Below are positions 12,430 to 26,248 of a stretch of DNA of 64,000 bases, one piece after another. The number at the start of each line of letters is the position of its first letter. Positions within the stretch are counted from its first letter, which is position 1. The DNA is from Tubulanus polymorphus (taxonomy: Eukaryota; Animalia; Nemertea): NCBI RefSeq assembly GCF_964204645.1, contig NC_134030.1, forward strand, positions 12,793,947-12,857,946, given 5' to 3'. The translations under genes and the position numbers were made by a program. Under the pieces are notes generated by a model. That model was not told where the DNA came from. It did not search any database and worked only from the letters and a program-made list of their open reading frames with translations.

Positions 12430-14428
12430 CTTGTAAAAATACTTTAGCCCGAAATTTTCCATACTGCCAAATTGCATTATAATAATCTTATAAAGCATTC
12501 CAAGACGCAGTACTACAATACCAGGATTAGTGATGCAGGGTTCGGATGGAAAAGCTATGCAGAAAGTGTTTGATGAACTTCTTCTGAAAGATGTTAGTAG
12601 AAAGCTGCCAGATAGTGATGATTGGGAAGAACTTGCAAATAGATTTGCAACTTTCTTTGCTGACAAAATTGAGAGGATTAAACTATCTTTCTCAGACTCG
12701 TGTTTGGGTCCTGAAACGATGCATTTCGGAGATTGTGAGTTAGCGGAATTTGAGCCAGTCTTGGAGAAAGAGCTTGTATCAATAATAGGGTGATCGCCAA
12801 GTAAGTCATGTGAGCTTGATGCTTTGCCTACTTGGATGCTGAGAGCCATCCTACCTGCTGTCATTCCTCTCTATTTGGACATTATTAACAGACCGTTGTT
12901 GGAAGGATACGTTTCCGTGTCTATGAAGACTGTGTTGATAACCCCGCTCATTAAAAAACAGAGCTTAGATACTTCCGTTCTCAAAAACTACCGTCCAGTC
13001 AGTAACCCCCCGTTTATCTCCAAGGTACTGGAGCGTGTTGACGCTGCTCGTATAACCGCTTATATGGATGCTAACAATTTACATGATAATTACCAGTCTG
13101 TGTACAAAACCTGTCACAGCACCGAGGCAGCTCTTGTCAAGGTTCAGAGTGACATTCGTAACATGGTTGACGCTGATGGTGCTGCCATACTTTTCCTTTT
13201 AGACCTGAGTGCTGCCTTCGATACTGTGGACCATCTCATCCTTGTAAATCGACTTCAGGTAGTGCTCGGTATTCGTGGTTCAGCACTTCAGTGGTTAATA
13301 TCGTACCTTGAGAATCGAACGCATCGTGTCGTTATCAACGGACATTACTCTGATTTCTGTAAAGTTGAGTATGGTGTGCCCCAAGGCTCCGTGCTGGGGC
13401 CACTATTGTTCCTCATTTATATATTGCCCTTAGTGCAGTTATTTGAGGATAGCAAAGTTTCACGTCATGGTTTTGTGGACGATGGTCAACTGTATATGGC
13501 AATCAAATGCAAATCATTGGACATCAGTAGACAAGTAAATGTTATCGAGCTTACATGTTCTCAAGTCAACAAGTGGCTTATTGACAATAAGTTGATGTGC
13601 AATGTGGATAAGTTCGAGGCAATGTTGTTTGGAACAATGCATATACTGCGTTCAATCAACATACGTAGTATTCGCGACTGACGACTTTGAGATTCCGTTA
13701 TCGAATAAACCTATCCGAAATCTTGGAGTAATTTTTGATCCTCAGCTCAATATGGAGGCACATGTTAGTAGTGTTGTCTGTGCTACGTCCTATTATCTTA
13801 GGGCGATAGGTAGCATCCGGGACTACTTGTCTGATGCGGCTGCGAAACTGTTGATGCAGTCCCTAGTTTGGTAGAGGATTGACTACTGTATGCTTGGCAG
13901 GATCGTCTTTTTCTTCTCTTCATAGACTGCAATTAATACAGAACTGTGCCGCTCGTATTGTCACCAAAACAAAGAAATATGAGCATATAATACCTGTGCT
14001 TAGGTCCCTTCACTGGTTGCCTGTGAAACAGCGCAAAGAGTTCAAAGTTATTCTCCTTGTTTTTAAGTGCCTCCACTTGTTGGCTCCAGTCTACTTGAAA
14101 GATCTACTCGTTCAGTACAATCCAGTTCGTGCACTAAGATCATCATCTCAAAATTTACTGTCTCCAGCCCATTACAACCTAAGTACTTTTAGTGGACGTT
14201 CATTTACTGTAGTTGCTGCCTCCCTTTGGAATAACATTGATAACCACCTGCGTAATATTCACGATGTCAACCAGTTTAAACGTTCACTAAAACATCTACT
14301 CTTTCAACGTGCCTATATTTAGTGACTATGAACCATTGCAGTGCGCCTGTGAGCTTATCTTTTAAGAAACAGGCGCCTTATAAATGTTTATTATTATTAT
14401 TATTATTATTATAATTATTATTATTATT
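12430..14428 (+). mobile_element. 5'-truncated L2-clade LINE (degraded RT) with (TTA)n tail
   Basis: NYRPVSNPPFISKVLE, HSTEAALVKV, LLDLSAAFDTVDH, GVPQGSVLGPLLF, FVDD, NLGVIFD, LHWLPVKQRKEFK. Stops and frameshifts at ~12791, 13679 and 13872. Confidence 0.9.
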
Positions 14429-16300
14429 AGCCCGAAGACCTTTTTAGTCTGCTATTGTGCCCTATATACCACTTTGACAACATTTTAATTGATTCTGGTT
14501 ATTAAAACTACGTCAACGAACTTAGTAATGTGAATGGTATACGGATCACATGTCGGACACGGAATGTGGAAGGTTTTTTGAACGTTGAAAATTTGAAATG
14601 GGCAAGTTCACCTATAAGGGGGTTCCTCCAAACCCATGTACAGGCCTAAGTCTGCAGATTTAAACACGGGTCCACCGACTATCAGTCAGTGAAGAAACAT
14701 GACTTTAGACAAAAAGACAAAGGAATTAGTGCAAGCTGCTTACGCTGTATAATTAAAGGTTTTCTAGAGATCGAGCAAATTATTCAAACCCTACCGCCTC
14801 AACTGCGTCATTTCGCTTATGATTTAGAAACTATTGCTGGCCAGGCCCGGGCCGTGCTTGGTCTATATAACATAGTGATAATGATTTGGGGTTTTCAGCA
14901 ACAAAAATGTCCATACATTGACAAAATCAAATAGTATTATATATAAGTATTATATGAGGCCTGCCTACCTATTAGTTATAAGGCCTATTATCCACTCAAA
15001 TATCTTAGAATTCCACCCTTCCTCAACTATTGAATCCCATCTTTTCCTAATCATAGAGTCTCATTCCTTCTTCATGACATTTTCAAGCCAACTCTGACAA
15101 TTATTGAAGCTGTTGCAATTTCTTCATCAAAAATTGATCAGTCAAGCTACAACTATGAAATATTTCATTGACACAAGTTTTGGTGATAATGAAGTGTCTA
15201 TTATTCGAAAGACAATCATTTTCACTGAACAGCATATATCCTGACAAAAATCATTCAAGACACTCCAACGTTAGAATCATTAATGTCATGCCCTAGAAGT
15301 AAAGAAAATTCAAGAAATTGCCTCAAAAATGAGCTTTCATTCGACAAATTTGGTGAAAGGGTTCAAAAGATATGGGAAAAAAAGAATTTTTTCAAATAAA
15401 CGCATATAATGTATGGTTTCCATGGTGACAACGTTTAGTTATAATTTACTCGTGAACGAATATGGAATGATTTTAAAATTATAAAGAAAAAAGATTAGAT
15501 ATGGTTTTAGATAAACACATCCTCAATTAATCCATTGGTTACGTCAAGAATGTGGACAAATTACCCGATATTTCTGCAATTGCAACAATGGTTACCATTG
15601 TTGCAATTCAATTGTTAGCAAGACGTAGTAATAAGCGGTCCAATACATGGCCGAAGACTTTAGGCAAGTTTGAGAACATTTGGAATGTCACGAAAGACCC
15701 AACGCCCAAAATACCGGTACCTGACGGATGAAGAACGCAGATTTGAATTGCTGTTACCATAGAAACCAATAAATAGTTAATCCCGATATTGACCAAGTAC
15801 ATACGAGTTATAAGTAAGTTTAAAGAAATATCAAAATAATCAACAAAAAACATTAACAACATCACTATTTGAGCTAATAACCTTTAAAATGAATATTTCA
15901 TATGAAATTGCTATTTTCAAGTGAATATTACACGATTGTTGCTGCTGTAACTAGGTAACAAATGAATGTATGCATAAAATTAACGTTGCGCTATATGCGC
16001 TGCAATCCCCCAACTCAGAAAAGGTTTAGATTGTAAAATTACTCCAAACCTAAGATGAGATATTCGAATTATTTAGCAAAAGTAGTTTAAAGTGTATTTC
16101 CTTGACGAATGAAAATGAAGATGTTTTAATTTCAAAATGTCTGACTTTAACGCCCCCTGTAGGCCAAAAAACGAAAAAATTGTAAAAGGCATCCACCACA
16201 CATGAGAGCCCACATACTCTGCTATCAAATGAGCTCTGATGCCAAGCTGTAACAAAAAATTCTGTGATTGTCGAATTTTCCATGATTGGCTGGCTGACTA

Positions 16301-19030
16301 GGTGTTGAGTTTTTAACTCCCAGGAGGTATTTATAAAATTTGAGAGGGATTCTCTCTAGTTTTCTTTGTTCTTTGAAACCCCATATTTGGCAGCCATAAG
16401 TTAAGACAGGTACCACGAGGCTGTCAAAAAATTTAATGGCTAGCCTGGGTGTGACTTTTGGATACTGCAGAAGGTATTTTCTGAAATTATAGTATGCTGA
16501 TACTCCCCGAGACGCCAGACTGTTGATAGTTACATTATGTTTTCCATTGAAATTGAAATCCATACCTAAGTATGTAAAACAGTTTACACTTTCTATTACT
16601 TGTCCATCAATCTTCCAAACAAAGTTTCTTACATTGACAGCTTTTCTAAAGACGACAATTTTCGTTTTTTCATAATTAATTCCGATATGCATTACATGAC
16701 AGTAATTAGAAATATTATCAAGGGCACATTGAAGTCCTTCTGGCGTCTCGGCGAGTATAACCGTATCATCAGCATATAAAAATAATAAGAGTTTGAATGT
16801 ACCTAAGTCGATTCCATCATAATCATTGCTTTTAACATGTTCTTCCATGTCATTGATAAAAAGATTAAAAAGAAGAGGAGATAAACACTCTCCCTGTCTT
16901 ACTCCAATGTTACATACAAAGTACTCAGTGAAATTGTTATACTGCTTTACACACGATTTCGTTGTTCTATACATAGAATGTATTATTCTAAGGATTTTAC
17001 CGGATAGCCCGTTACTTTGGAGTTGGTTCATCAGAATTGACCGATCAACTAAGTCAAAAGCTTTAGAAAAATCTATGAAAGCAGCATAGACTTGGTTACC
17101 CTTACTAATAAAATGATTTATAACTGAATTTAGGACAAACATTTGGTCTATGGTGCTGTATGATGGTCTAAAACCTGCTTGTGATTCTGAGAGAACTGAG
17201 AAAGCCTCACACCAGGAAGTTAATCTTGTATTTAGTATGGTTGAGAACAACTTTCCAAAAACAGACAGTATAGTAATACCTCTAAAGTTATTCGCATTAG
17301 AAGTGGGCCCCTTCTTATGGACTGGTACTATATATCCCATACTCCAACTTTCAGGGTATATGCCACTCTCAAAAATTAAATTAAATAGAATAGTTAATTG
17401 ACTTAAAATCGATTCACCTGCTACAATAAATAGTTCCCCTTTCAATCCATCAATCCCAGATGACTTATTTCTTTTTAATTTCTTAATTGCACGTTGAACT
17501 TCCTCAGCACTAATTGGGCCATCCAATATATGGGCAGTCTGATCGATATTGGCATCATGTTCAACTGGGTTGTCTGCAGAGGAGAGGTTTTTGAAAGGAT
17601 TAAATAAACTGTTTAAATCAGGTAGTTTACATTCAGGTGTAGAACCTTTAAATTTTGTCCACAGATCTCTATGATTATTGTTGTCTAATGAATCTAACAA
17701 ATCTTGTAAATTATTGTTATCAAAATTTTCTTTCGCTTTACTTATAGATGTCTTATAGTTTATTCGAGCTTCTCTTAAAAGGATACGATTTACATTTGAT
17801 GCATGCAGACGAAAGCGGCGGGATGCCCGACTAAATTGGTTTCTGGCTCTTTTACATGAGTCGTCATACCAGGATGACTTATTTTTTCTGTTGACCCTAT
17901 ACGAGGTGACAGAGCCATGTACATTATTCACTATTTCTTGTAGGTATTGAGAGAACTTGTCAACTGCCTTATTAATTGACTCATTACTATCAGCATGCAA
18001 GATAGCATCATTTAGTACATCAAATAATCTCTGTTGAGTATCATTAGTCTCGAGCTGTTCAACAACTACGCCTTCTCGTTGTTTACGCCACCGAAATTTC
18101 AGACATGTTGTTTGGTTTGGGCTATTATTTTGTCCGGCTGCCTCATTGGTTACTGTGTTATCATACTGTGATAACAAATTGATAGATACATGTAGCATGG
18201 CGTGATCAGAAAAAGGGAGTTCCTCCGATATATGGAAATCACATAGTTGTGAAAGTATATCATAATCACATAGTATGTAGTCAACCACACTTTTACCTAG
18301 AGGGTGATGACACGTAAATTTACCAAGGGTTTTATCACCAAATGCTCTACCATTGAGAATTAACAGACTACATCCAGCACAAAGCTCAATCAAATTTTGA
18401 CCTCTTACATCCAGTCTAACTACATTATCTTGTGACACTCGTTCTACATTATAATAAGTACTATATTCAAGTAAGTTGTATACATCAAGATCGATATTGA
18501 GGTCAGGGATGTTCCCATTTTGAGGAGGGGTCAAACCAGGATGAGCATTTGTTCTTCCATTGAGGTCACCAATAATCATGACGTGACTATCTAATTGATG
18601 TGTAAGTATATTACAAGTAAGATCGTTAAAGAAATCCACTGTATTATGGTTATCACATGAGATATATATTAAACAGATTATCATATCTTTTTCAAGAGAG
18701 AAATAATTTTTACACAATTTGATCCACATGATATCAGGATGATTACTAGGGAGGGATGCTATTCCATCAGTGAATTCGCTTTTAAAGAAAAATAAAAGTC
18801 CGCCAGAATTTCGCCGTGCACGCGGACTCTTTTTCCTAACCCTTTGCAAATATGAAAAACCGTGGGGCACTGGAAAAATATTATCAGATGAATTCCAGGT
18901 CTCAGCTAACAGGATAAAATCTGATTTATTAAAGACCTGTTTCATTTCAGGTGTATCAAGTTTACATACTCTAATGCTCCTATTTCTACTAAATAAACCT
19001 TTGATATTTAAGAAACATAAGTTAAGTGAA
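16301..19030 (-). pseudogene. RTEX-like ORF2 N-terminal ~900 aa (APE endonuclease and RT), interrupted by an insertion
   Basis: LLAETW, SGGL, IGDLNGR, SVVDY, SDH; KSSGIDG, FRGITILS, QAGFR, FIDFSKAFD, GVRQGECLSPLLFNLFIND, LYADD, YLG. Confidence 0.9.
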
Positions 19031-19115
19031 TTGTATTTGCTATCGCTACGTAAATCTACAGAATTATTTACATTACTACATTACTTGGTCGCCTCATTTA
19101 TTCCGCTGTCCGTAT

Positions 19116-19889
19116 CTAATGTAACCCGCGCATTACGCAGTTTCGAATTTCCAATGGGAAGTCTTCAATAATACGGTAACGTTTGTTTATGTCGTTGAAA
19201 CGTGCGCGATGTACCATTTCTCGATCTTTGTAGTCTCGAAACGCTACAGTTATTGTTCGCTGATAATTACGATTTCCGTTCGGGTTTCTATGCGCCCGTT
19301 GAAACACCATTCTATCGACGTGTTCGCTATTAATATGTAGTGTATGCTTGAGTATATTTTTGATAACCAATTCACAGTCCTCGTTTTGTTCTTCAGGAAC
19401 CCTTAGGAACACTAGATTATTTCTCCGTGACCTTGCTTCCAGTTCGATCGCTCGTTCCTCTAATTGATTAAACTGACAGTTCTCCTTAATTTGCTGAGGG
19501 ATTGATGACCTTACGCTGTCTATTTCGGACATTAATTTCTTTTCGGCGTTTTCGATTTCCCTGTTAAAATCGGCACGTAATTCGCCCTTGAGTGCAGTAA
19601 TCTGATGTTCCATAAATACTTGCAACTCGTTTTTCAATGAGTCTATTTTGGAGTCAATTTTGTATTCTAGCGAGGTTTTTAGGCCTCTGAATTCGCAAAG
19701 TAAAGTATTCATGGGTACCTCCGTGCTGTTCTCCGATTCAAAGCTGTTTTCATCCACTTCAGCTGGTGCTGCATCACTCGCTTCAATTGATTTCCTGACC
19801 GGGGTGTTAGTATTGGTGTCTGAGCCACTCGACCGGCCACGTTTACCTTTATTGGAGTTCTTCCCCGGTGGATTATTACCTGCCGGCAT
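19116..19889 (-). CDS. LINE ORF1 (coiled coil plus RRM of L1-ORF1/transposase_22 type), probably frameshifted at the 3' end
   Basis: Coiled coil followed by LEARSRRNNLVFLRVPE, FQRAHR, ITVAFRDYKDRE and IIEDFP; lies directly upstream of ORF2. Confidence 0.8.
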   Translation of the reverse strand: MPAGNNPPGKNSNKGKRGRSSGSDTNTNTPVRKSIEASDAAPAEVDENSFESENSTEVPMNTLLCEFRGLKTSLEYKIDSKIDSLKNELQVFMEHQITALKGELRADFNREIENAEKKLMSEIDSVRSSIPQQIKENCQFNQLEERAIELEARSRRNNLVFLRVPEEQNEDCELVIKNILKHTLHINSEHVDRMVFQRAHRNPNGNRNYQRTITVAFRDYKDREMVHRARFNDINKRYRIIEDFPLEIRNCVMRGLH

Positions 19890-20403
19890 GTTGTATTCGA
19901 CTCTTAAAAATCAATATGGCCGCCACTACGAGATGCTAACTGCTTCGAAATTATCGAAATTATCCTGTTATGTCCTAGTACAGACTGCCTGTTATCTCCA
20001 ATGTTATCAGCGACATGACAGAGATGCTATTACATAAGTTAGTGTTAATACCTTCACTCGTGGGTTGAAGAATGCTGTTCCTAGTTGAATATAAACGGAG
20101 CGCTAACTCGCACGTCCTACATGGTCGCCGCCATTTTGTATTATATATATATTTCCTGTAAACAAACTTCAATATCTCTTAAACTAAAAGAGATAGACTA
20201 GAAATTTAAAGAGCAATACACTCATAGCACTTTCAGGTGACAGTTGAAAGACCCAAAATTTTTATCTGATCCCAAATGCCTACGGTTTCCATGGAAACCA
20301 GCCGAAAAATGGTAAAATAATGAAAATATCAATGTTTTATCAAAAGTTATCATGTATAAAGGGGATAGAATAACTAGTTATCAATAGTTTATGTTTGCCC
20401 TAA

Positions 20404-20894
20404 GGCCAAATAAAAAAAATTAGTTGTTTATCGTCCCCGCCCGACCCTACGAAAAATACCCGACCAAATTTTTATTTTTTTATTTTTGTGTTCTATTTTG
20501 GTTCCAATCGAAAATATTTGCCATAGCTACCGTTTCATGTCGATTGTAGGACAGTATAGCAGCAAACGAAACGATTCATCGATCGACGAAGTACGTTCAC
20601 TGAATAACAAATTGAAGTCAATATTCGGTTATGGAGCGTACACAGCGTGGATTTCCGGTTGTGGAGCATATTTAGATCGATTTTAAAATCTAAGTTAATA
20701 AAGTTCTATGAATTGAATTGTATTTCTATCGCTTGTGGCGCCACACATCCAGTCGATGGAAAACATGCTTTATTTTATCAATCGTATATCATTTTCAACA
20801 CTCGATCTAAAATAAAAAAAAAAAAAAAACCTCCCGGCCGACCCAAGCTTTTTGGAAAAAAGGACGATAAACAACTAATTTTTTTTATTTGGCC
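20404..20894. mobile_element. Zator-type MITE (second family)
   Basis: 33-bp TIR GGCCAAATAAAAAAAATTAGTTGTTTATCGTCC with TSD TAA on both sides. Confidence 0.82.
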
Positions 20895-22689
20895 TAAGTT
20901 TATCTAGGAATATCTTTTATTATATAGATTATTATTATTATTAGGTTTCCATGGTAACGGCAAGAAAAAATGTGAAATATTGAGAAATATTGATATGATT
21001 TCAGATGAAATTATTTTTTTAACTTCATAATTTTTGAAATGAATAAACATGATTATCAAGGCCTGTCAGTTAGGTCTATAGCCATAGGCTCCTATTGCAA
21101 ATTGATTTAAATATACCAATTTTATATATATTTGTTAAATGTATTTTAGTTAAGAAAAGCAGAAAATTAGGCTTGGCCTAGCTCAAAACGCTGAAATTTG
21201 AAATATATTCATGATATCATAGTAAAATCAATCAGGTTAGAAACATAAACCAAGCAATAGTAATAATACTACTAATAATAACTAAATAATAATCCATTTG
21301 TTTTGTTTTGAGCTAAATTTCAACAATATTTTATATATATTTCAATTTTGCTGCGTTTGGAAAATCCCCTCGGGAGCCTCACTGTTCCATCATGTGCCTC
21401 TATTTTTGCCCATCACAAGCCTCAATTCATCCCATTAGACGCCACCCTCTTTCAACAGCCGCTTTACTCACGGGAGCGTAGTGGCGGTCCGCGCGCGCAA
21501 AAAAAATTTTTTTACCCATCATTTCGCTTAATCTGTCCTAATATTCAGAAATATAGTGATGAATAATTATGAATCGGAAAATAAATACAATAATTCACCG
21601 GTAGACCGATGAATAATTGTTACATATTGATCTCATCACGAGCAACGCGGCCCATCGTCATTCAATAACAAGTGCCGGCCGCCATTTTGTATCGCTCGCT
21701 TCAACGCAAAACTTAGACATCGACTTTTCCGGCAGCGATCGCTCAGCCCTGACACGAAATAAAATCATACGGTCTTCAGTATTTGAATTTTAAGATCCTA
21801 AACCTTCCGATTCCTGATGATTCGTCGCTTATTCCAGGTCCAAAGCTGACGAATTTTGCACTTGAAAAAGGGTATTTTTCGATTTCTATTTTCTTCGACT
21901 AAAATGCGGATTTATACACTAAACCAACCCCCAAGTGATAAAGATCGAGCTTATTGGTTGATTCCGAAAGATTTCAGCTCATTTGCATTGATAGACATCT
22001 TTTATGAATGATTTTACTACGCGATATCAAAACGCGTAGTAAAAACGCGCATCACACTTTTCCTAATCAATAATGGTTGTCACAATCGATAAAGGCGCCC
22101 CGCGCGGACATGAACATACCTACCTAAGTAGGGTAAGATTCAAGAATAGGGGACTAGGTTGTAAACACAACTTATATCAACCCGCCATCTAAATAGTTAC
22201 CTCCACTGTAATTTGCATTAATTACTACAACAGCCGACGATTTTTGGTCAAAGTAATAGACTACCGTTACTTAGAAACCAAAACAACCCAAACTAATCCG
22301 TCAATATACTCACAAATAAACGAACACGGCCCACCATGATGTCACACTAATTACCACCAAAAACCGTCTGACTACCATCATGTGAAGCGGGGTGTTCAGC
22401 GGGCGCAACAGAAAAACAGCCAATGATACAATTTCAACCTGTAATTTAACACCTGTTCTTTCGATAAATGGAAAACAGCATTACGGTGACAAAATCAGAC
22501 ACCACACAAAAATGAAGAGACAACAAATAAGGGGGCACCGCCACATTCCCAATTCACATCCCAAAGAACAAGGACTTGGTGTAGATATTCCCAACCCCCC
22601 CCCCCCCCCCCCGTACGGTACATAAAACACAATTAATACAATCATCAAATTTAATGCATCAGATTAAATAAGCAATCAAACCTACGATC

Positions 22690-23010
22690 ATAACACACAC
22701 TCCAGTACCGTACACACTCACAGTACACACTTACACTCACACTAGACACTCTCATTCTCACTCGCACTCAAACTATACACTCACTCTCACAGTACACTCA
22801 CTCTCACAGTAACGTACACGCTTACAGTCACTGACACTCACAGTACACTCTCACTCAAACACTCTCACTCACTGACACTCACAGTACACACTCACCGTAC
22901 ACGCTCACAGTCACTCACACTCAAACACTGTCACTCACAGTACACGCCCACTCTCACCGTACACACTCACTCACAGTACACAGTACACTGTATACTGTAC
23001 ACTCACTCAT
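22690..23010. repeat. Degenerate CA/CT-rich microsatellite (ACAC/ACTC/CAGT)
   Basis: Direct inspection of the sequence. Confidence 0.9.
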
Positions 23011-23099
23011 CTTTTATCTTAATCTGTTCAACATTTTTTGAGGTGTAGTCGTAGAGCTGTAGAGTTGTCTGTACATGTACCACGTGTACCTCGACTATA

Positions 23100-23430
23100 T
23101 ATTTATATTTGCCAGTTGTTGATGTGTATAGCTGTAGAGTTGTCTGTACCAAAGCCACGTTCTCTCTTTATATTTGCCAGTTGTGGAGGTGTATAGCTGT
23201 AGAGTTGTATGTACCAAAGCCACGTTCTCTCTTTATATTTGCCAGTTGTTGAGGTGTATAGCTGTAGAGTTGTCTGTGCCAAAGCCACGTTCTCTCTTTA
23301 TATTTGCCTGTTGTGGAGGTGTAGAACTGTAGAGTTGTCCGCCCCAAAGCCACGTTCTCTCTTTATATTTGCCTGTTGTGGAGGTGTAGAACTGTAGAGT
23401 TGTCCGCCCCAAAGCCACGTTCTCTCTTTC
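23100..23430. repeat. 65-bp tandem repeat, ~5 copies
   Basis: The unit TTTATATTTGCC(A/T)GTTG...AAAGCCACGTTCTCTC recurs at 65-bp spacing and explains the staggered ORFs at 23103-23480. Confidence 0.95.
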
Positions 23431-24399
23431 CCTTTTTGATTGCTAAGTATCGCCAGGTACCATCTATAGGGAGCTACCACCCTCTATAGTCCCCTATTCT
23501 TAAATTGCACCGTAGCGAGTTACCTTATCGTTGCTGGTAAGCTTTTAATAATCGGAAGGGCTTATACCAACGTTAGGGATGACAAGGGCCAAAACACGGT
23601 TGAAAAAAGAAACACTTCAAAAATATACTTTCTATTCACATCAGTCCACAATTAATGGCTTTATTCACAAACTAACACAGTTAACTTTCGAAATAATCCA
23701 ATTTTATGTATGTTTCAAGCGATTAATCAACATTATTTTGAGAAATTAATTAATTTCTCCATTAATTTTGCCATTGGCCGCCATTTCTCTGTATTGCATT
23801 CATGTGGCATGATAGACAACGTGACCTACAAGGATTTATATAAAACTTCCAAGACGAAACGACAATTTTTATTTTTGATGGTTTTCCAACTTATATTTCA
23901 AATCTTCGTGTTTTCCATAATAAATAATGCAAAAATAAATTCTGGTTAAAGAAAAATGTGAATAAGTGTTGATTTCTTAATTTTTTGAATTTCGTCGTTT
24001 CGTTTCGTTAGTTTGTGTTGTGGTCCTGGCCTCAGTCCACAGGTGCCAGCACCCTCCACACATTTTCAAAATGGCCGCCGTTGAATCGACGTTAATTTAT
24101 GGCCGATTTGCACGTGGATTAAGATAGTCAGGTGAGGTGTTATCGGTATCAAACAAACTACGAATCTGTTGTGCGTTGATTACAACAAAAATTAGACGGA
24201 TATCTCAAAAAACCAGAAAATGCCAGGCAAATTACTCATGAGTCAAATTGACTCAATACGATTTCATTGAAAAATGACCTTCCCATTCCTGACTGTGGTT
24301 TGTGAAAATATCCGATCGTGAAACTAAACCACAGTCAGGTTACTGACTAAGGCCTAAGTATTTCACGTGATATCTCCATAATTAATATCGGGGACTTGA

Positions 24400-26240
24400 G
24401 TAGTCTAGTAAGTACCTAAAGCCGGGTAAAAGTGCAGATCCGCACTTAAACGCCTTCCTTACCCACGGGCTTTAGTTTTAAGGTTTGAGCTAGTAGTAAA
24501 CATATATAAGTACGTTGTGATCCTTCGTCGAACATAATATGGCCGGGTGTGATTTCCCCTGACTCATGGTTACATCCATCAGCGACTGCAGTTTTTAGGA
24601 GGGTTTGTCTCAGTTTATCCCTGCAAAAACAGAATACTGGCCAGTAACTGATTCCCATTGTACATTAGAGTTGTGGACCGTCCCTTGAGGTGTCTCCTTA
24701 GTATTCAAGGATTTTACAGTTGTTGATGGATTCGTGGATGGATTAGTCACTTAACAATAAGCACAAATGCTCGTGTGGTGTTTTCTATGACATTTGAGGC
24801 ACCTCTTGGGAGACCGGCAATCAGCAACTACATGTGATTTTTGTAAACAATTATAACACAGACGATTCTGTTCCACAATTTTACACCTTGATTCTACATC
24901 TTTAACGGTAGGTTAATCAGTAGAGTAATGCTTATTGGAACAAAAAAATATTTAATTGTAAAAGTGCTTCCTTTGTGTTGCCTGTTTTTGCCGATGACGG
25001 TACTAGATACCAATTGCAAAGCAGTACCAATACTCGTGGTATTGAGTCTATATAACATACCAGCCTCCATCACCATTACTTCTCATAGAATTGAAGCCAT
25101 GAGATTCTCAATATCCCATTCACAGTCACCATGGGTTCTAGCCAAATCACGTTTAATTTCTATAGACAACTAGCAATATTGGAACTAGCATAGTGCCTTT
25201 AGAATCTGGTGATTTATTGAGGGACTCTAGACCCCTGATATATGATTCAAACTTATCATAAAACCTACGCATTGACATAACATTATAACTAGGTTCTGGA
25301 ATCTCAACTAGAGAATCTATGAGCTTTTGAACAATTTTTATGTTCTTGTCCAAAACGAGCTTTGAGCAAATCGATAGCCTTTTGATAGTTTAAACCTGTA
25401 AGAAGTAAGCCTTCAACAGTTAACTTGGCGGCTCCTTGGAGAACGGATTTCAAATGAGAGAACTTCTGAATGGGACTCAGCTTATTATTGTTATGTATGC
25501 ACGCTTTGAAAAGATCCCAAAATGTTTTCCATTCTAAGATATCTCCATTGAATTTCACTAAATCGATTTTCGGTAGTATAATACCCCGTTCGGCATAACC
25601 AGTGTTCTCGGCATCGAATAATTCATCTTTTCCACTATTGATACTCAATTGTTTTACAGCCAAATCTGATTCATATATCCCACAATTCAGCTTCGAAAGA
25701 TATTCGTCTGATTCCATGATATACGCTTCTAACGCATCAGTTGAAGAAATGTGGCATTGTTTATCACATTCTGATCTAACTGTTGTAAGTATTGATACTT
25801 ACTTACTAAATTCTCGAAAGTTGCATTTGCCTTCACAGCTGCATTTCCTCGAACATGGGCATCGCATTCTTTGAGTAAAACAGTTGCCCTTCCTCTGTTG
25901 GCTCGTCTGACGACCTTCACTTTCTCGATATCGACGTCGCTCATTTTGACTCTCGTCTCCCCGTTGCTTCTCTACTGCTTCGACTTCTATCTTCTAATGC
26001 ACCAGTTTCTATCTCCATCCTAATACATTCTCATCTCGGCTGCATATCGGTTCTCTACTAATTTTGGCATTCGAGGGACCATGTCTTCACTTCATACGGC
26101 AGAGACCTAGAGAGGACTCAACACATCGTATGCTATTACAGAACTGAACTTTATTTGCATTCTGGACAAGTTTTATACAGAATATGTCACATGAGTGAAC
26201 ACAGTAAGCAAAGGCTTGACTTCAAATATAATAGTAGCAA
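24400..26240 (-). mobile_element. BEL/Pao LTR retrotransposon remnant (5' LTR part, PBS, gag, protease), 3'-truncated
   Basis: DUF1759-type gag LPKIDLVKFNGDILEWKTFWDLFKACIH..QKFSHLKSVL..AIDLLKARFG; Cys-His knuckles CYNCLQKSHVVADC..RCLKCHRKHHTSIC (~24765-24860); protease IMFDEGSQRTYI; PBS TGGTCCCTCGA (tRNA-Tyr-like) at ~26071-26081 next to an ..ACA LTR end. Confidence 0.85.
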
Positions 26241-26248
26241 CAACCCTT

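Larger units (their letters stand above)
9881..16300. mobile_element. Non-autonomous DNA transposon with ~1.03-kb TIRs (Academ-like)
   Basis: Termini TAGTCAGCCAGCCAA...TTGGCTGGCTGACTA, inverted arms at ~9881-10915 and ~15285-16300 (hence the mirrored small ORFs in the track), and a 3-bp TSD GGT (9878-9880, 16301-16303). Confidence 0.8.
8915..19970 (-). mobile_element. RTEX-like non-LTR retrotransposon, near full length, split by the 9881-16300 insertion
   Basis: ORF1 plus ORF2 on the minus strand. ORF2 reads ..LLGVKNSTP at 16301 and resumes as DNFVFSEIGKYPI..IVKYWLNIL at 9880. C-terminal RLRCSSHDLLVETGRW..ICKCC..EDEYHFVLICPAY. (TAA)n-like tail at ~8915-8940. Ends are approximate. Confidence 0.8.
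22132..23511. mobile_element. Merlin-like MITE (same TIR as 8633-8833, opposite orientation) carrying simple and tandem repeats
   Basis: GGTAAGATTCAAGAATAGGGGACTA...TAGTCCCCTATTCTTAAATTGCACC; no clean 8-bp TSD. Confidence 0.6.

Noticed and set aside
23103-23480. Family of near-identical 60-aa ORFs
   Set aside because: Artefact of the 65-bp tandem repeat read in shifting frames.
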